Origin: a virus
Lineage: Duplodnaviria; Caudoviricetes
Length of the DNA: 64,000 bases
IMG/VR virus record: IMGVR_UViG_3300033076_001146
Span: 5,284 to 69,283 of that record
Reading direction: 5' to 3' (one strand)
Positions 18,210 through 27,714 of the stretch are shown here, in pieces; position 1 is the stretch's first letter; each line of letters starts with the position of its first letter. A program made the translations under genes and the position numbers. The notes beneath the pieces were generated by a model. The model had not been told where the DNA came from, did not search any database, and saw nothing but the letters and a program-made list of their open reading frames with translations.

Positions 18210-18775
18210 TAGGACTTCACCTCCATAAACTTGGCAAACTCTACTGGCTCACCACCAAACCATAGGATGCTCATTCTTGCTTCTTTGAGCGTCCTGCCGC
18301 CTTTCCGAGAATTACACTGTAAACAAGCTGCAATTAAATTATCTGTGGTGTTATCGCCGCCTAATATCCGTGGGAATATATGATCCACACACCGTGCTTG
18401 ACTGCCGCAGTAGCCGCAAATGTAATTATCGCGCTTAAGAATTGCCTTTCGTATCTGACTCCAATTGCCGCGCAGCAGATTCTGCACCCGCTCCATTTCA
18501 GTTCGCTCGGCCAGCATTTCACTGACCACGTTGAAAAACAGCCTGCCGTCTCTGGTCTCGGTGACTCGTTTGACGCAGCGTAAATCACGGATAGCAAGGA
18601 TGGTCTCCAAGGGTAATCGGGTAATGTCCGAAATCTCCTCGTTGTTGTCAGGGAGCCCGCCTTCGTTAAGACAGTGCATCATCATCATCATCAGGCCACT
18701 GGCTAGCTGCGGGTCTGCTACCTGATATGTAAGATTTACCCAGTCTGCCGATGTAATCTTGTGCCAATCTGCCAT
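18209..18775 (-). CDS. YdaU-like N-terminus fused to HNH endonuclease
   Basis: CGYCG...VDHIFP...GG.N...NLIAACLQCNSRKG; N-terminus paralogous to initiator. Confidence 0.8.
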   Translation of the reverse strand: MADWHKITSADWVNLTYQVADPQLASGLMMMMMHCLNEGGLPDNNEEISDITRLPLETILAIRDLRCVKRVTETRDGRLFFNVVSEMLAERTEMERVQNLLRGNWSQIRKAILKRDNYICGYCGSQARCVDHIFPRILGGDNTTDNLIAACLQCNSRKGGRTLKEARMSILWFGGEPVEFAKFMEVKS

Positions 18776-19269
18776 TAAAACACCTGTGAGAACGCGCCTG
18801 CGCGCGGGTAATCGTGCTAGTCCTGTGTCCTGGCCGCCAGTGCCGCCAGTGCCCTGTTAAATTCAGCCTCTGCAATCCCCAAATACGCGCCGCTCAGCGT
18901 CTTTTTGGCGCAGGCGTGTACCAATGAGCGCAGCGCATACTCGCGGATTGCAAAAGCGATCTCTTCGTCGGTCATAAATCCTCGCTGGTTGTGATTGATC
19001 GAAAAGGCAGGCGGCTGAAACTCGAAAGCCCGTCCGCTTTGCCTTGCTGCTCAGGTTTGCGAGACGCTGAATCAGGTAAGACGCCACGGACGGGCTTGGT
19101 GCATTAATTGCAGATGGAAATGAAATACACAAGGCCGATAGGCCGTGCATCTTACCATTTGATGATTCAACGTCTCGCATCTTCAATATAGCCCTTCCCG
19201 CCCAGTGCTTCAAGTATGAATCTCGTTTTTCGGCCAATAATGACAAGGGGTTTGGCCGGTTGGTACTAT

Positions 19270-20022
19270 TTACGACTCGCTCACTGCCTCTCGCTGTGTA
19301 CCCAGGCTTTGCATAAGCTGGCGTCCGATGAATTCGGTGTACGCCGGCGGAATTGCCTGCGAAAGTTCATTGCCAGTCATCCACAATATCCCCATTGCTT
19401 CCGCGCGTTCCGTTGTCGAATACTGTTTTACGTTATCGCGCACGCTGATGCCGCCCGCGTTACCCCAAACACCAATTGAGCGCGGCCTGTTATAGCCTGA
19501 CAACGGATCGAAAATTGGCGGCCCTTCGTTATGTTGACAATACAAAGTACAAGTCAGATGGAAATTGATTAGCTCAAATAGCCGATGGCGACGAAGTTCA
19601 GCGCCTGTGGGTAAGCCTAAACCAAACATCGTGCCGCAAAGAGTGATTGCGTTTATGCCCAGCAGGGGCAAATCTACAATTGGAGCACCTTCGACGTTCT
19701 CGATTACAGAAGGTTGAGACAGTCCGTTTAGAATTTCTCGTACCGGCGTGAGTAAGTCGTTATGCGCTTTCGCTTTCGGCATCGTGCGTAAATTTGAAAA
19801 AGCCTGGCACGGCGGGCTGGCGTGAATAACCTCGAACTGCTGGACCTCGCCGGATTCGATCAGTCCGCGCAGGTATTCCAAAGCGTCAGCTTGGATAAAC
19901 TCTTCGCCGACGTAGCGCGGTTGCGGCTTGACATCTACACCACGCACGCGGAATCCGGCTTGTTGATAGCCTTTCGTGCAGCCGCCAGCGCCGCAAAAAA
20001 GGTCAAGTAAAAACGGCTTCAC
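19270..20022 (-). CDS. DNA cytosine-5 methyltransferase
   Basis: LDLFCGAGG motif I, SPPCQ motif IV, IENV motif VI; GTG start 20022. Confidence 0.88.
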   Translation of the reverse strand: MKPFLLDLFCGAGGCTKGYQQAGFRVRGVDVKPQPRYVGEEFIQADALEYLRGLIESGEVQQFEVIHASPPCQAFSNLRTMPKAKAHNDLLTPVREILNGLSQPSVIENVEGAPIVDLPLLGINAITLCGTMFGLGLPTGAELRRHRLFELINFHLTCTLYCQHNEGPPIFDPLSGYNRPRSIGVWGNAGGISVRDNVKQYSTTERAEAMGILWMTGNELSQAIPPAYTEFIGRQLMQSLGTQREAVSES

Positions 20023-20282
20023 GCGCTTACCTCGCTCTCTCCCGCTTCCAGCATCGCCTGCTGTGCCCAGAATGCCTCTTTCTCTGCCTCGCTCTTCCAT
20101 GCGTGCAATAGCGCCCGATTGGCCCAATGCTTGCGCGTGTATTCACTCTGCAACTCTTTCGCCCGTTTGGCCGCCGCGTCGGCCTCCGCTTCGAGGCGAT
20201 AGGCCTCACTGGCGAGCGCAGCCAGTTCGAATTCAATCGTCTCGCGCAATAAAACCTGTTCCGGTGTGAGGATGTCGCTCAT
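20019..20282 (-). CDS. Hypothetical coiled-coil protein
   Basis: MSDILTPEQ; overlaps both neighbours. Confidence 0.55.
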   Translation of the reverse strand: MSDILTPEQVLLRETIEFELAALASEAYRLEAEADAAAKRAKELQSEYTRKHWANRALLHAWKSEAEKEAFWAQQAMLEAGESEVSA

Positions 20283-20671
20283 TACGCTTTCACCTGTCCC
20301 AAATAGTCCAAGATCGTGTGCCGGGCCTCGTCCCAGCCCTTGCAAACCTGAACCGCATAGCCTTGCTCCGCCAGCCGTTCATGCCAGCGCTGCTGCTCTG
20401 GGCTGACGTCAGAAGGTCGCGCGTTTCTGCGCTTCATCTCGATATACAGTCCGAACTTCCCCTTGCACGCCACGGGCAAGCACAAATCCGGCACGCCAGG
20501 TTTCACACCCTCTGCACGCAGCTTCATGGCGATGACCACGTTGCGTTTGCCACCATTCGGCACGGCATAGAGCAATTCGAGTTCAGGAATCGTGACCGCT
20601 TGCAGTGACGCCCATTTCATCAGCGCAACCTGCTCTTGGTGTTCATCGGGGTATTTGATTTTGCCTTTCAT
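20282..20671 (-). CDS. VRR-NUC domain nuclease
   Basis: EHQEQ, AVPNGG, GVKPGVPDL, IEMK motifs. Confidence 0.88.
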   Translation of the reverse strand: MKGKIKYPDEHQEQVALMKWASLQAVTIPELELLYAVPNGGKRNVVIAMKLRAEGVKPGVPDLCLPVACKGKFGLYIEMKRRNARPSDVSPEQQRWHERLAEQGYAVQVCKGWDEARHTILDYLGQVKA

Positions 20672-21049
20672 TTACGCCCCCACTCCCTGTCCGTAACGAA
20701 CCGCCGCAGCTTCTTCGATGTCGCGCCGTAGCAGGCTTTGCACGGCGCTGATTTGCGTGCGCAAGCTCAGCACCAATTGCAATGCGGCTTCCTTTTCTCC
20801 CTCGGCAATCCGTACGCGATACATAATGGTGTCCGTGGCTTTATCCACGATGGCCCCACGATGCGGCTCGGTGAGCTTCTTGCCGTTCTCATCTGTCTGA
20901 AGTGCGGCTTTCAGGTAGTGCGTTGAGCGTGCCTGTCGGTAAGCGTGCTCCGCCTCACCAAGCTCGCGGCAGGCTTTGGCAAGCTGCCGGTTGGCCTCGC
21001 TCAATTGCTCCACCCCGTTCAATATCTTTTCCTGCAACAACTCGCTCAT
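20672..21049 (-). CDS. Hypothetical coiled-coil protein
   Basis: Start MSELLQEK at 21049. Confidence 0.55.
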   Translation of the reverse strand: MSELLQEKILNGVEQLSEANRQLAKACRELGEAEHAYRQARSTHYLKAALQTDENGKKLTEPHRGAIVDKATDTIMYRVRIAEGEKEAALQLVLSLRTQISAVQSLLRRDIEEAAAVRYGQGVGA

Positions 21050-21217
21050 AATTTGCCAAAAATGCCGACCGTGACCCGCACCAGGAGTGAGCCACGGCCA
21101 GCGCCAAACATTTCCAAACTTCACTGCACCCTCATGCAGTGACTGCGAGAACGCTCGCAGCCGGGACGCCGCTTGGCCTCCGCGCGCCGCTCTGATCGGA
21201 GCGACACGCGCAAACCA

Positions 21218-21985
21218 TCAGGCAATCACCTCGACGCCTTCTACACGGCGCTCCTTGAATTGGTCAGCAATGTATTTGGCAATGCTTTGTCGGGCCGTGT
21301 TCGCCCATGCACCGTTATCGGCTTCCCAGAGGCCGCAAGTCGGCAACGCGCCTTCCTTGTTGCCTCGCAAGCGCAGTAAGAATCGGCGCGCAGGCTGCTC
21401 GACTTCGGCAAACGTCGAAAACGGATGCAGATGTACAACCCCAGGCATTACCGCCGATTCAGTCCGCAGCCCCGTCCTAATCACCACCTGTTGTGTAATG
21501 CCGTCATCGGTGCTGGTTTTGACCGTTTCCGCCGCCAGATTACCAATGCGCTTCACCACCTCCGCCAGCTCCTCGCTGTCTTTGAACAGCGACAACAAAG
21601 CGATCATCATGCTTTCCTGCTCGCAGTAGGCGTTGAATTGAAACCCGCGCACTTCGGGCGCGTCGTAAACAGCCTGCAAATAGGTGCGCCGCTGTTTGTG
21701 CTCAATCAGCTTGCCGCACACGCTGACCAGGCGCGGCCCTTCAACGTGCACAAACAGGTCCTCATCGCCTTCTAGCGGCTGCACCGCGTCCAAGTAATCC
21801 ACCAACCCTGTCAGGCTGTAGACCTTGAGCGTCGCGGGCATATCGGGCAGGTTTTTGGGCAACGCATACACCGGCTTGGTGGTGAAGCGCTGGGATTCGT
21901 TTTCGATTGGTTTGCCATCCAGTGTGAGCAATTGCGCGTGCTCGCCTTTCTGGATCGCTTCTAAAATTTGCCGTAACCCTTCCAT
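21218..21985 (-). CDS. Conserved phage protein (pair with upstream gene)
   Basis: 255 aa, PFSTFAEVEQP motif; stop/start overlap with 21985..22353. Confidence 0.65.
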   Translation of the reverse strand: MEGLRQILEAIQKGEHAQLLTLDGKPIENESQRFTTKPVYALPKNLPDMPATLKVYSLTGLVDYLDAVQPLEGDEDLFVHVEGPRLVSVCGKLIEHKQRRTYLQAVYDAPEVRGFQFNAYCEQESMMIALLSLFKDSEELAEVVKRIGNLAAETVKTSTDDGITQQVVIRTGLRTESAVMPGVVHLHPFSTFAEVEQPARRFLLRLRGNKEGALPTCGLWEADNGAWANTARQSIAKYIADQFKERRVEGVEVIA

Positions 21986-22353
21986 TAGTTAATCCTCTCT
22001 TCCTGAAATTCGGCTGCGGTTTTGGCAATCCCTGGCAAGACTTCCTGCTTTTCCGGCTTGAAAGCGGAAACCTGAATCTTCTTGCCTGGTTGCGCGCTGA
22101 CGTACAGCCGGCCGTCAGCTTCGATCTTCTGCGGCGCTGGTGTTTTGACGTCGTAACTCGACGCCACTTTCGCGCGCCCGTTCTCGTCAAAATCCAACTC
22201 CACTTTGAAGGTGATGACGCGCTTGGCCTTTTTAGGCTTGCGCGCGTCTGCGTAATCCTCGGCAACCTCTTGCAATGCTTCAGACCACATCGCCGCCAAA
22301 TTGCCATCACAGATTTCCGTGATTCCCACGTAATCCTGTTCCACTTCCGGCAT
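21985..22353 (-). CDS. Conserved phage protein
   Basis: 122 aa, KRVITFKVELDFDE motif. Confidence 0.6.
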   Translation of the reverse strand: MPEVEQDYVGITEICDGNLAAMWSEALQEVAEDYADARKPKKAKRVITFKVELDFDENGRAKVASSYDVKTPAPQKIEADGRLYVSAQPGKKIQVSAFKPEKQEVLPGIAKTAAEFQEERIN

Positions 22354-22425
22354 ACAACCTCACTTTCTCGACTATTCATCTTTGACCGCCGCGACAACGT
22401 GCGCATGCACGTCCACGAGCGACCG

Positions 22426-23016
22426 CTACGCATCAATCGGCGACACATATTGGTCAAATCGCCGGACATTATGCCGATCAAACTCAGCTAGCAGCACTGG
22501 CGCAGTGCCAGGCTGGTCAATCTCTTTGATGGCAACGTCTAACGATTCCAGCACCACGCGCGCAATGCTGGCCGTTGTACTATTTGCTTGGGTTACGCCA
22601 CGCCAATGCCGCTGTTCGATCTTTCTCGCCAAGGCAAGCACGCGCTCAGCATCCGGGCGCTGTTGGACTTTGCTTAATGCTGCGCAAATTTCACGACGTT
22701 CTTTTTGACTCAGCAACACCATGGCCGGCGCGGGCGTTGTCGCCGCTTCTTGCGCCAGCAGTGCCGCCTTGTCCGTACACTTGAAGCAGTGGGTTTTCCC
22801 TGGTAAGTGTTTGCGTCTTTTGCAAATCTTGCAGCCAGTCGCTTCCAGCCGCAATTTCTGAGCTTGGCAATTTTGTTCGCGGCACTGCTTGCAGCGTCGA
22901 ATCTGCCAGCGCGCGCCGACCTTAACTGGCGGAATGTCACGACTGCCGCAGCCGTCAATGCACTCGCCCGCGTCAATTCTGGCTTGCTCCTGTGCGTTGT
23001 ATCGTGGTCGTGCCAT
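22426..23016 (-). CDS. Cys-rich hypothetical protein
   Basis: Several CxxC motifs; ATG 23016. Confidence 0.5.
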   Translation of the reverse strand: MARPRYNAQEQARIDAGECIDGCGSRDIPPVKVGARWQIRRCKQCREQNCQAQKLRLEATGCKICKRRKHLPGKTHCFKCTDKAALLAQEAATTPAPAMVLLSQKERREICAALSKVQQRPDAERVLALARKIEQRHWRGVTQANSTTASIARVVLESLDVAIKEIDQPGTAPVLLAEFDRHNVRRFDQYVSPIDA

Positions 23017-23192
23017 TATTTTGCCCTCGTTGCACGGGTCGTCTTGACCGGCGCTGCGTTCGCCAATTCCGAAATTTTCACGCCGATCAGCACAAGGCCG
23101 ACGCAAATGGCCACGAAGAGGATCGCTGCGCCCAACCGAGTGCCTGCCTCGCGTATGGTTTCTTCCGTTTCAATCTGTTTTGCCTTAGTCAT
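23016..23192 (-). CDS. Small membrane protein
   Basis: Manually read 58-aa ORF with helix LGAAILFVAICVGLVLIGV; stop overlaps next ATG. Confidence 0.5.
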   Translation of the reverse strand: MTKAKQIETEETIREAGTRLGAAILFVAICVGLVLIGVKISELANAAPVKTTRATRAK

Positions 23193-23330
23193 GATGTGTG
23201 TAGTTGCTAGTCATTCAGTGCCAGATGCGCGTTGCGCGGGCTTCCGCGTGCGTGCATTCTGATTATCAAAAAATGAATCCAGCGAATTGGCCCGGTAAGC
23301 GGTGAGGCTTGGGCCGTTAGTCAGTACAAC

Positions 23331-23609
23331 TTAATCAGCTTGTCGCTTCGCTTTCAGTTTCGTAATTTGGCCACGTAAAGCGCTAATCGTGCGGTCGCGC
23401 TTCGCAATTTTTTCTTGCGCTATGCCGTACTGCCGCTTGTAAAAATCCATGTCTGCCTGCAACTGTAAAAAGTTGCGCGCCATCGCCTCTGTAGCGTCAG
23501 CAATGCGCTGAAGCGAGCCGCAATTGATTTCGTCAAATGTCGCTGAGTCTTTCTTTTCACGGCCAAAGACACGCTTTGAAACCTCTCGGTATGATTCTCG
23601 CTCTGCCAT
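23331..23609 (-). CDS. Hypothetical protein
   Basis: MAERESYREVS; coiled-coil C-terminus. Confidence 0.55.
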   Translation of the reverse strand: MAERESYREVSKRVFGREKKDSATFDEINCGSLQRIADATEAMARNFLQLQADMDFYKRQYGIAQEKIAKRDRTISALRGQITKLKAKRQAD

Positions 23610-23875
23610 CGCTCTCACTCCTGCCGGACAGCCTGCATGCCCTCCGCACAGACTGTCCGGCCACTCAGGGGGCACGAAAAGATTGCCGTAGCTTGTTTTT
23701 CCGCCCAATTGCCACTATCGCGCGGTGCGATCAGCAAGAGCAGCTACGGCAAGGGTTTTGCGAGGAAGCTTGCACAACGTTCACGGTGGATGTCGTACAC
23801 TTCTCAGAGTGCCTACAAGCAAACCCTCAATGCGGTGTCCCTCCGCATTGCCAGCCCTCGCAAACTTGTAAAAGA

Positions 23876-24237
23876 TCATTCAAGCTCTTTGCCGTACATC
23901 GCGGCGATGTGCGCGCGGAATTCCAGCTTGTACAGCGCAAACTCATTGCGATTGCGTTCCAGTCTTGCGCTCCGCATTGCAGTCAACCGCTCCCCTTCGG
24001 TAATCAACTGCTGCAATTCGTTATAACGAGGATGTTGCGCCAGCGTCGCTTTGACTTCCGCCTTGCGTGCCAGCTCGTTTTTGAATGCGGGATTGGTCGC
24101 CACGTCTACCGTATGAAAATCAGCAATCTCTGCCGATTCGCGCCGTAGCTCGGCAACCTTTCTGCTTTCGTCAAAAACTTCCAACGACAGCAGTTCAATT
24201 AGCTCAATCAACTCACGTCCTATATTGGTATCCACTA
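23876..24237 (-). CDS. Coiled-coil protein (start approximate)
   Basis: Coding-like from VDTNIGRELIEL. Confidence 0.45.
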
Positions 24238-24331
24238 CAATGTCCTTTCCCTTTTTGTTGTTAAATCCAGCGTCCGAACCCGCGAGCCCGGACGCTGGCG
24301 CATCACCGACAGTTGCAACCACGCCGCTGCC

Positions 24332-24365
24332 GATTCCAGTGATTCCCAGTGATTCCCAGTGATTC
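24332..24365. repeat. Tandem GATTCCCAGT x3.5
   Basis: gattccagt gattcccagt gattcccagt gattc. Confidence 0.7.
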
Positions 24366-24449
24366 AAAGATGGCGGGCAGTGCATCCCCCGAAGCCTGCC
24401 CGCCTTGGCGCGCGTCCATTCCACGCTATCCCTTGGACGCGCTCCATTC

Positions 24450-24905
24450 TCAGGCCGCTTGGGCCTGTGCTAACTCAATCTCTTTGCGCGAATGCGCCGG
24501 TTGTTCGGCAAGCCACTCGCGTGCTGCGTTGACCACAGCGGCCATCAGATGCCGCGCGGTGCTGGCCGCTTCGGTTTCGATCACTGCTAGCGCATCATCC
24601 AGCGCAACCAGCGCAGGCAACGTCGCCTGAATCGCTGGCACAGCGCCAGGATTGCCGAGGCAGTAAAACGCCCCCAACTCCTTGACCACCCTGATTTGCG
24701 ACAGCGTTACGGGCCCGATGGCAACCGCGCTGTTTGCCGTCGCCATTTCAAGGATCATTTCAGAACGGCGCGCAAACACCGCTCCGATTTCTGTGCAATT
24801 CAACGGTTCCAGTTCGGGTTGCCAGCGTGCGCCTGCTGGCATCAAGGGTCTGACGCGGCTGGCGGCTCTCATTGCTCCCTCGCAGTCGTGAAAGCAATCG
24901 TGCAA
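24450..24905 (-). CDS. Hypothetical protein
   Basis: ORF in early leftward operon. Confidence 0.5.
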   Translation of the reverse strand: MHDCFHDCEGAMRAASRVRPLMPAGARWQPELEPLNCTEIGAVFARRSEMILEMATANSAVAIGPVTLSQIRVVKELGAFYCLGNPGAVPAIQATLPALVALDDALAVIETEAASTARHLMAAVVNAAREWLAEQPAHSRKEIELAQAQAA

Positions 24906-25240
24906 GCCGACAGCAGTACGCGATGTGCCTGACGAGCGGCGGGCGTGCCCGTCTGGACAAGCTCCATCTCGATTTTAAGCAACGCAATTGCCCACTCGCG
25001 CCACAACCCGTTGGCAAGCGGCGCACCGCCCAGGCAAATAAAGCCCCAAATCGTATTGGCAACCGCTTGCACGATCAGTGCCGCCTTGATTGCCTCTAAT
25101 TCGTTATCATGCTCGGCGGCGGCTTTTACCACGTCGAGATGACCCCAAAAGAGGTCGTCAAAAAGCGTGGCCGTCTTTTCTGTCAGTCTTGGCCGTCTAT
25201 TTAATGCTTTGCGTTCTTGCGCATTCTTTATCTCTTTCAT
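24869..25240 (-). CDS. Hypothetical protein
   Basis: ORF in early leftward operon. Confidence 0.5.
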   Translation of the reverse strand: MKEIKNAQERKALNRRPRLTEKTATLFDDLFWGHLDVVKAAAEHDNELEAIKAALIVQAVANTIWGFICLGGAPLANGLWREWAIALLKIEMELVQTGTPAARQAHRVLLSACTIAFTTAREQ

Positions 25241-25403
25241 CCAACACCACCAATCCTGTGAGGGGCACCGTTAAAAAGTGCTGGCGACGGGCCATGCCGC
25301 CAGCGTCACTTAGGAGATCGAGCGAGGTAGCTGGACGGGCGCGTCGTTGGTGCTCAGCTTCTACCTGCCTAGTGGTAGCGGGCTGAAACGCGCCCATAAA
25401 TCG

Positions 25404-25595
25404 TTAAAGCACCGGACAACCAACCGGCGGCACATTCAACAGCATGTGCGCTTCGTCATCGCTGGCAGGCAGCTTGAACGTGTGCCACTCGGTCAGCAGC
25501 GCTTCAATGTGCGCCTCAAGTGACAAGTCCTGCTCTGCCGCCTCAACGCTCAGGCTGGCAATCACGTCCTCTGACAAATTCAAGGTGATCGTCAT
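25404..25595 (-). CDS. Small protein, possible ribbon-helix-helix DNA binder
   Basis: MTITLNLSEDV...L...AAEQDLSLEAHIEALL pattern. Confidence 0.45.
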   Translation of the reverse strand: MTITLNLSEDVIASLSVEAAEQDLSLEAHIEALLTEWHTFKLPASDDEAHMLLNVPPVGCPVL

Positions 25596-25960
25596 GCTGT
25601 CATCCTTCCGGCAATTCTTAGCAGCGAACGCCGCGCGACCGGGTTGGGGATCGTGTGCGCCACACGGGCCAGTGCATTCGCCGCTACGGCGGGCGCTTCC
25701 TGTTGTGCGCGTCGGCGTGCGCGTTGTGCCTGCAGTTCAGCCACCAGTGCATTCACCGCATCCTCATCAAAATACAACGCAGGGCCCCGCGCGCCCTTCG
25801 TACCGGACGGACCGGATTGCTCCGCAATCAGCACAGTCTGCAACTCTGTGGGCAATGCCACGCGTCCCGTGATCCGGTCGCGTTCGTCAATCAGCCGCAC
25901 GATGGCCGGAAGTTCCGGCTTCAGGCGACCGATGGCGAGTTTTGCTTTGATAAGTGGCAT
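25592..25960 (-). CDS. Hypothetical protein, possibly DNA-binding/excisionase-like
   Basis: MPLIKAK start; LYFDEDAV motif. Confidence 0.45.
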   Translation of the reverse strand: MPLIKAKLAIGRLKPELPAIVRLIDERDRITGRVALPTELQTVLIAEQSGPSGTKGARGPALYFDEDAVNALVAELQAQRARRRAQQEAPAVAANALARVAHTIPNPVARRSLLRIAGRMTA

Positions 25961-26024
25961 TGCTTGTCTTCGATCAATCCAACGAGGCGTGAGGGATGTC
26001 GCACGCCTCGTTGGCGGGGATGCT

Positions 26025-26846
26025 CTAACTCGGTAATTGGGCGATGGCCTGCTGCCAAGTAATTTTGCGGTCAATTGCCTGCTGGGCAATCATGTCCGCG
26101 TCCTGCCGCTGAAGGCCGACCTTTTTGACGGCTTCCCAAAACTGTGTAGGGCCAATCTCTGCTGTGCTTGGTTTCTTTTTGAGCAATCCCTTGCTGAAAA
26201 ACTGGCTGGCACCAGTCGCCAGATTGACGACCCCGACATAGGCACGCTTCTGCGCACGCTTGCTGATATTGTTCATATTGGTGGACGGATTGGGATGGTC
26301 CCGCTTTTCCTGCCACACAGGCGGATTACCAAACTTTGACCAGCGACCCAATTTGTTGGCAATCAGGTATTGCTGATCTGCTTTGGACGGTGGCGCGGGC
26401 GCATCTACCCACAGTTTGAAGCTGTCCTCTTCGCTATGACAAACACCGTCACATTGCGCAATCAGGACGCCTCCCTTTTTCGCGGTTGCCTTGAACCGAT
26501 AGAAAAACCAGCCATTGGCACGGTCACGCTCCGCTTCTTGCAAGCTAACCTCGACGGAAAGCCCAAAGAATGTGGCCAGCTTCTCGGCGCCACACAACAA
26601 CAATGTGTCGCCGTCCGTGCCTGGGATCGTGCCGAAATCCTTGCCCTCTTCAAGCAGTGAGCCGATTACCTGGCGCATCTGCTCATATCGTGCTGTCACG
26701 TCCGAAACTGACAGAGCAGGCATCAGCAGCTCTTGGTAATCCCGTGCCTCTAATGCTTGCGCGGCCATCGCCATCGGCGCGACCGTCGCCAATGCTGTTT
26801 GCGGCTTTGCGTCCTCTTGAAATTCGCCTTCGATAAATCCTTCCAT
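26025..26846 (-). CDS. Putative single-strand annealing/recombination protein
   Basis: GAEKL and NISKRAQKRAYV...ATGASQFF motifs recurrent in phage early regions. Confidence 0.5.
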   Translation of the reverse strand: MEGFIEGEFQEDAKPQTALATVAPMAMAAQALEARDYQELLMPALSVSDVTARYEQMRQVIGSLLEEGKDFGTIPGTDGDTLLLCGAEKLATFFGLSVEVSLQEAERDRANGWFFYRFKATAKKGGVLIAQCDGVCHSEEDSFKLWVDAPAPPSKADQQYLIANKLGRWSKFGNPPVWQEKRDHPNPSTNMNNISKRAQKRAYVGVVNLATGASQFFSKGLLKKKPSTAEIGPTQFWEAVKKVGLQRQDADMIAQQAIDRKITWQQAIAQLPS

Positions 26847-26854
26847 GATGCCCC

Positions 26855-27244
26855 CTAGATAAGAATGCCGCCCACGCGCTCAAAGCCTGCGAGGTTCGTA
26901 TTGATCGCCAACGGCGACGATGCGTGCTGATATGCTCGGACGCACGACGCACCGCATAACTCGCGCCCTTCTTCATCAGTCGGCCCGCCGTAGCGTTCAA
27001 AGTCGCGCTCGCACATTGGGCAAGTGGCGATTTTAGCCGCAGCGACCAATGCCTGATATTCAGCTTCCGACATTCCTGCTTCACTGCTTATTGCAGTCGC
27101 AGCGGTTCCACCGAAATAGCCTTCCAATGCGGCTTCAAGCTGGGTCGTCTCTCCTGCATATCGAAATCCTGTGTGTACCAACGTCCACCTCCGCGAAAAA
27201 CACCCGGCGGAAACGAATTCCTCAAGACGATCCCGCCGGGTCAA
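26855..27244 (-). CDS. Hypothetical protein
   Basis: 129 aa with CxxC motifs. Confidence 0.45.
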   Translation of the reverse strand: MTRRDRLEEFVSAGCFSRRWTLVHTGFRYAGETTQLEAALEGYFGGTAATAISSEAGMSEAEYQALVAAAKIATCPMCERDFERYGGPTDEEGRELCGASCVRAYQHASSPLAINTNLAGFERVGGILI

Positions 27245-27320
27245 TCAACACCCACGCTCGGAAGGCGTTTCAAACCTTCCCAGCGGACTTGTGTCAGACC
27301 GCGTTGATCTGACGGGGCGG

Positions 27321-27369
27321 AATGTAGCATCGAATGTCGCATTTTGTCAACGTGAAAAGTAGACATCGA
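27321..27369. promoter_or_regulatory. Operator-like cluster downstream of cro
   Basis: AATGTAGCAT, AATGTCGCATT, AGTAGACAT; 27330-27343 is the exact inverse of 27686-27699. Confidence 0.5.
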
Positions 27370-27382
27370 AACGATTATTTTA

Positions 27383-27607
27383 CTAGGCGGCTTGTGCCAT
27401 AGGGAACGGATGTAACAGATCAGTTACCGGCAAGGCGTACAAAGCGGCCAATTGGCACAACAATTCATAGGACGCTTGTGTACCCTTTTCTAGCCGGTAT
27501 ATCGTCTGCCTGTCGCAATCAACTCTTTTCGCAACATCGCTTTGCGCCCAGCCGCGCGCCTCGCGTAAGGCCTTCAGCTTTTGATGGTTATAATGTGTTG
27601 CATTCAT
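27383..27607 (-). CDS. cro: Cro-like XRE HTH regulator
   Basis: LKALREARGWAQSDVAKRV HTH; divergent from repressor. Confidence 0.8.
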   Translation of the reverse strand: MNATHYNHQKLKALREARGWAQSDVAKRVDCDRQTIYRLEKGTQASYELLCQLAALYALPVTDLLHPFPMAQAA

Positions 27608-27629
27608 AGGCTAAGGGTAATAAGTCCAA

Positions 27630-27714
27630 CGCCTAATGTCAACATTCAATGTAGACATCTTGCTTCTTGTTTTGTTTAGTCGCCTAATGCGACATTCGAA
27701 GTGTGACATCGCCT
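27630..27714. promoter_or_regulatory. Divergent immunity control region with operator repeats
   Basis: CGCCTAATG..ACATTC..TG..GACATC unit occurs twice; palindromes AATGTCAACATT and AATGCGACATT. Confidence 0.6.

Noticed and set aside
18863-19246. 127-aa minus-strand ORF
   Set aside because: No motifs; a shorter RBS-preceded ORF (MTDEEIAFAIREY..., from about 18976) in another frame looks more gene-like, so neither is called
23223-23261. Imperfect GC-rich hairpin in intergenic region
   Set aside because: No clear U-tract or known RNA motif; could be chance in GC-rich DNA
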